DNA of 38,612 nt from Nemertoderma westbladi. Lineage: Eukaryota > Animalia > Xenacoelomorpha. A program made the position numbers and the translations under genes. Under the pieces are notes generated by a model that made no database searches, was not told where the DNA came from, and was given only the letters and a program-made list of their open reading frames with translations. Numbering within the stretch: position 1 is the first letter of the stretch; every line of letters starts with the position of its first letter. This document shows positions 22,366 to 33,100 of the stretch, piece by piece. Location of the stretch: positions 1-38,612 of the forward strand of contig JAUCBJ010008782.1 in the NCBI GenBank assembly GCA_032718475.1, read 5' to 3'.

Positions 22366-22424
22366 GTTTGTTAATATATAATTTCATGCAATGTAGGTAG
22401 GCCTACTGTAGGCATGCATAGGGG

Positions 22425-22729
22425 TATGCCTATTGTACAGTACTATACTGTAGGTACTGCAGAGTAGGTAGGTTAGATAAATAATATGCTGTGGTACCTG
22501 TTAACCTGAAGCTTAACTGATAGGCCTAAATTGCAGTGTACTATAACATACACCAGTTGCAATATGATTTGATGCAATATAGGTACTGCAGGAGTAGTGG
22601 TATATGCCTACTGTACAGTACTATACTGTAGGTACTGCAGAGTAGGTAGGTTAGATAAATAATATGCTGTACCTGTCAGCCTGTAGCTTAACTGATAGGC
22701 CTAAATTGCAGTGTACTATAACATACACC
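22425..22729. repeat. ~127 bp direct duplication (period ~178 bp) upstream of the hATm ORF
   Basis: tatgcctattgtacagtactatactgtagg...actataacatacacc at 22425-22552 and 22603-22729. Confidence 0.85.
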
Positions 22730-24337
22730 GGTACAACAGACATTGTGGCACCGTTGTGACAACAACATCACAATGGCAACACAGTCACTGTATCTAGCTA
22801 ATATACTTTGAAATTACCAATTAACTAAAAATGGCCAATTCAATGAAGAACACCTCAATGTCAATTTTGACTCTTCTTTCCATAATACAAAGTATTTTTT
22901 TACATTTATTTTTTTATTTTTTTTTACAAAGTATTTTTGGTCTCATTCAAACCGCAATGGCCGATTTAGTGGGGGTAGATGTGGTTATCAAAGTCTTACA
23001 ACCATTTTTACCAATTCACCATGTCTTTCTAAGTCTACAAGTGTTCAGCGGTTCGCGGTAAAAATTGCAAATCGAAAATGCCTTTGGGGGGTGGTTCAAC
23101 GTCAAAATTTTGGTATGGTATAATGATAAAATATTGTTATTTTTGCATTTGACACAAAATGGGAGGGTATGCCAAAACAAATTCCAACTTTTTTTTTTCG
23201 TCTATGGAAAGTGACACACTCTAACCGGTATGCAGTTTACACTTATAGTGTATATATATAAGTATAATTACAGACTAGAATTAATTACAGAATACCGGTA
23301 TGATTTCAACCTAAAATTTATAGAAATAAATATAATAAGCCTATTGTAAATACCGGTATGTCAATTATTTTAGAATAATTGAATTTCTGAATTTTAAGGG
23401 TTACTTGGTTACTTTAACTTACTTTATTACCGTTATTTAAGCAGTAGTCCAACTGATATTGAGACCTAATTGTTGTATGGCAGGCCTACTATTTATAAAT
23501 CGTTTGAGTTGATTTATAATATATATATACCCGTTGAAATGGGTTTTTGTCAATGTTTGAAATAAATGTTATTATTTCTGGGGAAGTCACTACACATAAG
23601 CTGTGCGCTCTCAGTGGAGTGCTACTTGTTAGACACTAAAACAAATAATTCTAATTTACCTAAGTTACTTAATACTACAAATTACGTACAATTCGGGTTG
23701 AGATTACAATCTCTAAATAAACACAAAAATTTAATTACAAATACACAAATACAAATTTTTAGGGTAATTTTACAAGAAGTCTACTAACCAGCCTAACAAA
23801 GGGTTAGAATATCTGGTTATTACAACGGACAGGTTACTACGGTATTTGAAAATAATAAGTAGTAGTAAATATACTGCGTTGTCCAGATAGGAAAATACCA
23901 CTGTCTGACGACCTATAACCGTATCGTTATAGGTACTACGTTATGTATCACGGAGTGTTCCTACCTAGAGATTAATTACCGCGGTCTACCAGAACCAACG
24001 TGCCTATTAACCACTTTACAACACAAATATACTGCCTACACACTAATTGCTTTCGGAAAGCACTGTACACTAAACCCTAAATTAGGTACAAGCTACCATT
24101 GTCACATCTAGCTGCATGTGCAGCACTACCACTGCCGCATGTACAGTAGCTGCACGTGCAGCGAGACTATTGCTGCATCTAGATGCATATGTACTACTAC
24201 TACTGTCGCATCTACCTTCACGAGCAGCGCTGCCACTGCCGCATCTAGCTGCACATACATCGTTACCAACACTATCGGTAATTCAAAAACGCCAACCGGC
24301 ATGGCAGCTTGTTACTTTTTTATGCAGCTCGTCTGCA

Positions 24338-25309
24338 ACAAAAGACACAAAACCGACACAAACCGACAGGTAAAATCACAAACCGACAACTTCGGCAATG
24401 TTAGTAAACTATTTCAGCAGTTCAGTACATGATTATACAATTTTTATTTCCAGTCCAAATATGACTACCAGACTACTAATACTACAAATATGTATAACTA
24501 CGGGTGGGGGGGTCGGTGCCTACATACATACTGTAGTTCCCTAAGTTACTGCAGTAGTTTTATGTTGTCATTTTATTTATCTCACCTAGCCTACAGTACA
24601 TTACCTCTAGATATTATATATAGCATGTTGGTAAAGGGAACAGGTTTACATAAGCTTTCAAAGCGCCTTTGAACGATACTAACTAAATAACACCATGTTC
24701 GATTATTTGCCGAATTGTGCTTGGCCAAATTACAGTATGTACTCTAATTGAGAATGCTTTGCACGCGTATCGCATGCGTCACGTCACGAATGGACCACGA
24801 ATAATTTTAAGCGTGGCGCGGCTATGCATGATGTGCCACAAACGAATGAACCACGAATTATTTTTTGCGTGGAGTGGAAGCATTCGTATCACATGTGCCA
24901 CGAATGATGAGCCACGAATATATTGACAAGTGAAATCTCACATGCGATACGAATACTATACGCATTAGTTACCTAAATTATTCGGACTGACGAACCACTG
25001 ACGAAGGCTTCACGAATCTTAAATAACATTCCACGCACCTTTCAGCCTTTTACGAATGTTGCATGTGCTGATGTGGCACTAATGCGTTACGCATAGGGAT
25101 TTTTTACTGGGTATAATTTGTTATAAATATTTGGACTGGAAATAAAAATTGTATAATCATGTACTGAAATAGTTTACTAACATTGCCGAAGTTGTCAGTA
25201 TACTGTCGGTTTGTGATTTTACCTGTCGGTTTGTGTCTTTTGTTGTTGGTGGTAGTCGGTGGTATGCGAAAGGTGTCGGTGGTTGTCGGTGGCGTATTTA
25301 GTCAAACCC
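24338..25309. mobile_element. Non-autonomous TIR element (MITE, possibly MULE-like) with truncated left end, inserted in the duplicated flank
   Basis: Absent from the 7263-7805 copy. Inverted arms ~24338-24462 and 25127-25309. The right end reads GGGTTTGACTAAATACGCCACCGACAACC on the minus strand. The left outer ~65 bp and TSD are missing. Confidence 0.8.
24780..25111. repeat. CACGAAT-rich segment ending in TTTTTTACTGGG; possible nested CMC/EnSpm-type MITE end
   Basis: Many (C)ACGAA(T) copies. The terminus reads CCCAGTAAAAAA on the minus strand. Partner end not found. Confidence 0.35.
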
Positions 25310-25603
25310 ATCCAAAATCGCCGCATGGCACACAGCGGTTGCAAACCGCTATGCGTCGCTCTCAACGAACAGTTACGTATGAACAGCTAATTGCGTCCTT
25401 GCAGCTAAATCGAAAATGGAGATTAAGGGATTGAAATTATTTAATCTTATTTTTAGCTTCATATTGAACTCGTCTTTTTTAAAATAAAATCAAATATACA
25501 GGCCTATATTATTTATCTTCAATATACTTTAACTTGATACATTGTTTTCCTCTTAGAAATACGTAACTTACTATTGTATATTTAGAGAGTAGAGCAGAGA
25601 GAG

Positions 25604-26825
25604 TGTTCGCGCTTTCAGACCTTTGGCAGTTTAACCCGCCAAATTAGGATGTCTTCTAGATAATAAATCGCTTTTAGCCTCTGACAAGTATTTGATTCAC
25701 TACACTAGTTGAAACCAATCTGTGCGCGATCATTCACCCGCTGGATATACCCGGGAGATTGACTTCGACGGCTTAATCTTATTGCTATGTAAGCCTAATG
25801 TATTATTCGACTGACAGTATTATATAATCTCTGACAATATTATTCACCTTCGGGGAATATTAACAGTTCCTTTTGGACGTGGCGCTCTATCTATATAAAC
25901 AGAGCTATGACTTAAACTACATGCAACGATATGGCTTAGTTACAATTCACATATATGGCGCATTCTTTAGGAAATGCTTCGTTATCAGTCTCACTCATAC
26001 ACAATGCTGCACAATACTGCACACTGATCTGCCGATCTTCACTGATTTTAGTCACATATAAAAGGAACACAGACCGACTCATGTAGGGTCTATCAGATAA
26101 CATTAGATTCACTTCAAACCACTTTAACATAAGTCACAATCGTTATATGTAACCTGTCTCTCTTACCTTCGGTATATCAAGAATATTGGGTTTTCGGGGT
26201 TATTTCTCGTTATTCCAAATATAATATTTCATCAACCATATAATGAATAACCGACAGTAAATAGCAGTATAACGTTATAAAAGTATGCACGACAAGACCA
26301 GCCAAGCATTGAGTAAGTTGTTAACCATTGAGTTACCCAGTGACCCAGTGATAACGGATATATGTCCTTATAATTAAGCCTACTAGTGTTAGGCTAAAAG
26401 CAGAAAAGCACAAATATTCCAAAAGCCGTTCTTTCTTGGCTCAGGACTGAATGATAACACTGCCCATAAAGCATTGCGTGATTTCTAGGAAATTTCTGTA
26501 CAAGAACAGTAAAAACGCTCTGATTGGTTGACTGAACTGAGAGGCACCATAGAACAAAGAAAATCGACACGTATACAGCTCAGCTGTTAACCGTCGTCAT
26601 AGTAACTACTGTTTCAAGAGGATCTAGCTATTTTGCGTCATAGAATTGCCATAGAATCACCAACCATGTCCCCCAAAGTACACATACGGAAGAAATAGCT
26701 CTTAGGTCCTCTAAAAAACACCGATACAGCAATAATACGGCCTCTTACGCCTACTAAACCAACTACAGAGTATTTTACGGGAAAAATAAGGAAAATAACC
26801 GGGCAATTCCGCAAAAGCTTTTACA
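25604..26825 (-). repeat. Uninterrupted 1222 bp LTR flanked by GAGAG on both sides
   Basis: GAGAG at 25599-25603 and 26826-26830. TGTTCGCGC...GCTTTTACA on the plus strand. Confidence 0.92.
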
Positions 26826-26933
26826 GAGAGAAAGAGAGAGCGATTTATATTAATAAATATAATATAATTATGAGAAATGTAATAAACGGTTATATATTGA
26901 ATATGCGCGTCAATTTATAGTTCGATTACTTTG

Positions 26934-27121
26934 TTACACATGGTGGCCGTTCTCATCTTTTACGTTAAATACTCTTGTGAATATAACGCTTATTAGGGAT
27001 ACAATACCACATATAACGAATAAGGCGAACCAGCTGATGTTATTTGATGTAGTGGACGCTATAAACGCTGATATAAGTGCAGCCAATCCGAAAGCAGAGA
27101 ATACCACAGCAAAGTTAGGAC
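26934..27121 (-). CDS. MFS transporter exon 5 (last; not in ORF track)
   Basis: tttgtag acceptor; GPNFAVVFSAFGLAALISAFIAS...SWFALFVICGIVSLISVIFTRVFNVKDENGHHV*. Confidence 0.85.
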
Positions 27122-30100
27122 CTACAAATCAACGGAAAACGTTATTAATGTAGAAACCATTATTAAAATCAACACATACTGTACGTGTTGCATGTACAGT
27201 TCTACAGTACATACATACTGTATGTGTCCAGTCAATCTGCTATCAGAGTTGAGGGCAAATTCAATCTGCAGTGGAAATTGATGTAACAGTCTGCAGTAAA
27301 CAACCCCCCATTTTCAATATATCAACGTTGTGAAAGACCCTTTCTAAACAAGATTTCCCTCATATTTAATATGAAAATATATTGCAAATTCAATCTTCCG
27401 TGAAAATTGATTCCTAATGGTTGATTCACATCAATTGATGCGGATGCAGGATGCGTGACTCGCTGACAGTGGCTGTGGCCGCCTGGTTAAGGATGAGCGT
27501 TCACAAACATACAGACAATGGTGACGCAGGGTCACAAAAGGATCAATACTTCCCAGTCCCACGAGTGTTTTTACTGTGAAAACGATGGCCTTTGCGAGCC
27601 ACAGTTAACACGGAGACTGTGATTGCAACAAATTACTTCGGTACCTCCCGTGTCTTCATAACCTTTCAGATTCCTACTTAATGTATTCGATATGAAATGA
27701 ATTAATACACCGACAGACCTAACTACTTTAAATGAAATCTAAAAAATACTAAAAAAAATCTAAAAAATACAAAATAATGTATTAATCATATGTATAGTAT
27801 GTATACAAACCCGCATTGGTTATTCCAAAGGCTTTGGCTGTTGTAGCTGGAAACAGTGAGAAAGTCCCGGAGAATGTAAAGAAAATTCCTACAGACCAAA
27901 TAAAGAATACTGTTTTCCCTTGATATTCCGCGAGTGGTATGGTAAAACACAGAATCTAAATGGATGCATATCGTTCATTACTGATAGTGATTCATTTATT
28001 ATGAATCGCGACATATATTGGCTGTTTCATCTCGATTTATTTGTTTTTTTTCACATCATTTCTAAATCACGTTTATTGTTTGGTTGATTATTGTTATCTT
28101 TAAAATCATCAGGGCTATGAATGGGCATGCACTTACTGTAGTCACGTGTAAATTGTGAATTAATTTGTTGCTGTCCACAGCATTAAACTGAAATGTTGTA
28201 AGAAGTATGGTTTCTACACCGGTATAGCATAGCATATGAAAGAATGCAACATACAGTATTTAATTAAACAATACTATTCGTAGATTTGGTATTGCTTAAA
28301 ATAAGATAGAGCTCTTATTTATTGACGAAACTTACTGATAGAATTATTCCGAGAATGGCAAATACATATTTAAATGGAAAGAAGTCGCTTAGGAAACCCC
28401 AGAAGACCCGACCGATACAATTAGCGACTGATGAGACCAGAGACAATTGGTGAAAGAAGATGTGATCATCGATGAATAGGGTGCCGAACACGCGCAGCAT
28501 TTGGGAGATAAACATCACGATCAGAGTCATTAGAAAGTACATTATCCAGAGAATGAAAAAATTCGCTTGACTAAACAGGTCCTTTGGCTTCAGATGCCAC
28601 GCGACCTCGCCATCCCTCACAGCCGGACCCCCCAAATCTTGTCGTGGCGGTGGGGGTGGAGGTTCCGATATCATTGCTATCGATATTAATTGTATTCCTG
28701 TATATATTCCTCCCAATAGAAGGAACAGGATTGGTACTCTTTCCAATATTTCGGGTTGTGTGTAGTACGTATGGTTTTGGGTGTCCGCTGTGCTGTTTGG
28801 GTTCAATCCAGAAGGGTTGAGAAATTGTGACTGTACCTGCAACAAAATACATGCAATGCAATTACAATACAAATATAGTAGTTTGCTGAATACAACAAAT
28901 ATTTTATGCGGCGATCTACTACTACTACTATCGTTATGCTGCATTGCAGATGCATTATATACAGTCTATTACATAAAATATAAAGTAATAGGAACGCATT
29001 TTAAACAACCATGTTTATCATGATCTGGTCTCTTGAATATAAATCTCGATATAAATCTCGAAATATATTTTTAACAGGCAACATAAATCAAGTAAAATTA
29101 ATTGGAAACAGAGAAACAACATGTTCCTATCTGTTCAACCGTAAGTAGTCATGGGACACAAAGTTCAAACCTGTTTAAATACTGTAAGTAAAATTATCAC
29201 ATTGGTTACATTGTACCTACTTACGGTGTTTACTACTTACTGTTGAACAGATATTATGTTGTTTCTTTGTTTCCAATTAATTTTACTTGCTTGATATTGG
29301 TCTGTCAAAAATATATTTGTTCAACCCAAAATTATATTCAGGAGACTGGATCATATTTAACATGGTTGTTTAAAATGCCTTCCTATTACTTTATATTTTA
29401 TATTTAGCAACCATGCCTTAGACAAATTATCCTATTTAGTGTTGCTAAGGAAAATGATTGCTTATTTGATCTGGAATGCAATGCTATTTTGATTATATGT
29501 ATATGAGTATGTGTGTGTGTGTGTTTGATGGTTTTGGGTGTAGTTAGTTAGTTTGATTAACATGTGTCCTGCACGGGTTAGTGTAGCTAATGAGCCAAAA
29601 CCTGGCGAAATACATATGCAAAAATGTAGCCAATGTGATAATTTTACTTACAGGGTTGCGCTTTGTGTCCCTGCTTAAATAAAATAATGACTACTTACGG
29701 TTGAACAGATAAGAACCTGTTGTTTCTCTGTTTCCAATTAATTTTTACCTGCTTGATATTGGTCAGTCAAAAATATATTTCGTTCAAACCAAAATTACTG
29801 TCTAATACATATATATTAAGAATGCTGTGACGGATTGTCGACCGACAAAATTGCGCCTCCACAACTCCCTATCACCAATGACATTTGCTAGATCATACGA
29901 ATCTTCAAAGCCAGTGTCCTTTAAGATGCGTCTCAAGAAAGTAATGGGCTGTCCTTCATGCTTATTCACTCCATGAGGCCGCCAAAGAAATTTATTAAAA
30001 ATATTAAGCATTGACTGGTCCTCACGGCGGTGGTAATGTCCTGCAATGCGGAGGCGGCACTGTTCAATTGTCCACCTAGGGGAGAGTAATGAAACAATTC

Positions 30101-33100
30101 CAATGTTGTATAGTCTGATTGGAGATTTGTTTAATGTACCTGACACAATGATCCTGGCGTAGCATTCTTGTGAAAGTGCCATCCAAAGATTTAGTATCCT
30201 TTGCAGTTTGAGCCCAGCATGGACTCCCAAGTACTGGTACTACTGCTGCCCTACAGTAAATAATCAAACCTCGAGGTTCCGTTTATTCTATGGGACTTCC
30301 AAATCCTGGGCATAGTATTCAATGCTGTCCATGCCTTCCCCTTACGTTACCGAATGTCTTTACCTGACTTCCGGATCCATACGGCAATCACTACATCTAA
30401 CACTATGATGGTTACATAATTCAATATTTATTCAATAATAGCCAATTAAGTTGATAGGCCAAAAATTTGTTTGAATATAATCAATATTAATCAGCAGCAT
30501 TACTACTATTTAAGGCTACGTACGGATAATGATTTTCAATGCATTCAAATAATAAACATTAGACATTTTAAATTTCATTCATTTTCATGTCGCGTTTATT
30601 TTATGCAAAAGCTGATTGATTATTGGGAACCTATATTACAGAACAATTATTGAACAGCCACTGAATGACAAATGTTCCCCATTTTTCTTGCTATGCTAAA
30701 TTAAAATCGCTTTTTATATGCAAATTGTCCTCCTTTTCATCGATTCAAAGCACCTGTTACCTCCTCTTATTCAACTGTTTCTAGCAAATACCGTTTATGT
30801 TTCCCCAGGAGAACGATCCTATATACTACTACTACTAGGATCGGCATGCTGCATTGCAGCTGCATTTTTAAGAATGCTGTGCCGGATTGTCAACTAAATT
30901 GCACCGCCACAACTCCCTATCACCCATGACATTTGCTAGATCATCCGCATCTTTAAGGCCAGTGTCCTTTAAGATGCGTCTCACGAAAGTCATGGGCTGT
31001 CCACCATGCTTATTCACTCCATGAGGCTGCCAAAGTACAAGATTATGCACTGGCTGGTCCTCACGGCGAAAGCAATGTCCTGCAAAGCGGAGGCGATTTT
31101 GTTCTAGTGTCAAGCTTGGGGGAACCAATGAGACACCTCCAATGTTATATAGTGTCTGCTTTGTACTTGACACAATGAACCCGGCGTAGCATTCTTGTGA
31201 ATGTGCCATCGAGAGATTTGGTGTCCTCGGCAGTTAGAGCCCAGCATGGACTCCCGTAGAGGAGTACTGGAACTACTGCTGCTCTAAATAATCGGACCTT
31301 AAGTTTCCGATTAATTCTAGGTGACTTCCAAATCCTGGAAAGCGATCCTATATCCTATATACGACCCTATACTTGGAGATGAAGTTCGGTCCATAATACG
31401 TTTTGCAGACAAATCGGATAGTTCCCGTCCTCAAGAAAAATAATATTTTCCTTTGAGTTATATCGTGGAATTAGTCTGTTCTCAAGTGCAGTAAAGCTCT
31501 TCAACAGAATATCTTAGCAGCCGGCGCCCTATCCATGCCCAGCGGTGTGGCCGATATATGTATATATGTACAGAATCATGTTTAAACACATCAGAGATCA
31601 TGTAGAGATAATCTTGCGTGGCAACCAGAATGCTTTCCATAAAGGCACATAGGAACCAATTCTGGCACCGAAAAGGATCATTTAAGAACTATAAATGAAG
31701 AGGGACAAGAGATTTGTAGAATCCATTAGACCTTGTTTCCCTGCCTCAAGAACACTCATGTTCAAAATACTCCAATGCTATGGGAATCCCGATGAAGTTT
31801 AGTTTTCAATCTGGTAGTAGAAGCTATTGATCAACAGCGAAACATGTTACAGATTACAATTTTTGCAGATGACGATACTGTTCAGTTGGAGGGATCTTAG
31901 AAATTACTAGATAGCTTTGATGAAGCTGGTTAATGGTAAAAAGTTGAAACTCCGTTTAGTAAACATTGATTCTGACCAGCAATATATAGCGATATAAATT
32001 GTTTATTTCAGACATTATTTATATGGATGGTCTAAAATAGAACTTATACTAATTTGGTCATGGATATGGAGATCGACAGAAGATATATGCATCAGCAAAG
32101 TGAAATGAACTGCTATCATCTCTTACTGCTGAAGTGTCTGTAGATATAAACAAATAATAAATAATGGAAAATAAATTTGGGATTCATGATCACATCCTTT
32201 CAATACATCATCTTTCACTTCATCTACTCTGTCACAAGTAGCCGATCATCACTAGTAATAATAACATGCACCTGATCTTAAACTATCTTGGACATCTCTC
32301 GTGATTACACACTTTCCAAAAGTAAGAGCAATTCTATGACAAAGGGTAACCAAAATACCCTCTAGCCATTATTATCATCATCTAGTAATCAACAACCCAT
32401 GATGCCAATCGTACATTGCATCATCATGCCATTGACCAGTAATGGGTGTAAACGCTATGCCGACAACCGACAACCAACGCCGACAACGATTATTAAAGAT
32501 AATTGATGTTATTTATTAATTAGGGAAAGGAACAGGTTACAGTGGACGGCTATTCTAACCAAAACAATAAGCGAGAGTCTCGAACTCCGGAAACATTTTC
32601 ATATTTTCCATTGTTGGCAGTGGTTGTCGGATGTCGGTTGTCGGAGTAGCGATTACACCCACCAGTAATGCTTTATCATTAGCTCATTTTTGCATTAATC
32701 ATCAATTGAATAACCTAACTCATCAACCATCTATTAAATAGCACTTTATTCTCAGATTTGCACCTGATTCTTACCTGATCAAATATGAAAGCTCCCAACC
32801 CGAAGCCTCCGACCACCAACCCAACAGCTAAACCCTTACTCTGTGGCATCCATCTCATATTGCAGACTAAAGTTGGAAGATAAATAAAACTAACAGAAAC
32901 ACCGAATAATGCCCCATAGGTAACAATTACCACATAAAAGGACCACTGAATAGCGAAATATGTGAATAACACGCCCGAGCTGTAATAAAAATAATTATGA
33001 AATGTGTTTACAATGTATTTACTTGAATACGATTATATAATTGTTGACATCATTTATTTTTAAATTTAAACAATTCATTAAATACTTCAAAAAGTTCAGT

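Larger units (their letters stand above)
19531..23223 (-). mobile_element. hAT-superfamily (hATm-like) DNA transposon, 3693 bp, 12 bp TIRs, 8 bp TSD ACCGGTAT
   Basis: TSD at 19523-19530 and 23224-23231. TIRs TAGGGTGTGTCA / TGACACACTCTA (one mismatch). Single long ORF. Confidence 0.92.
7806..26825 (-). mobile_element. BEL/Pao LTR retrotransposon, non-autonomous and rearranged, with nested DNA transposons
   Basis: Two 1222 bp LTRs (minus strand TGTAAAAGC...GCGCGAACA). 5 bp TSD GAGAG at 7801-7805 and 26826-26830. PPT abuts the 3' LTR. BEL-type Gag with three Cys/His knuckles and an aspartic protease. Confidence 0.9.

Noticed and set aside
23905-23935. CTGACGA followed by hairpin ACCTATAAC/GTTATAGGT as a hammerhead
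   Set aside because: No GAAA follows the stem; it is a simple hairpin in the leader.
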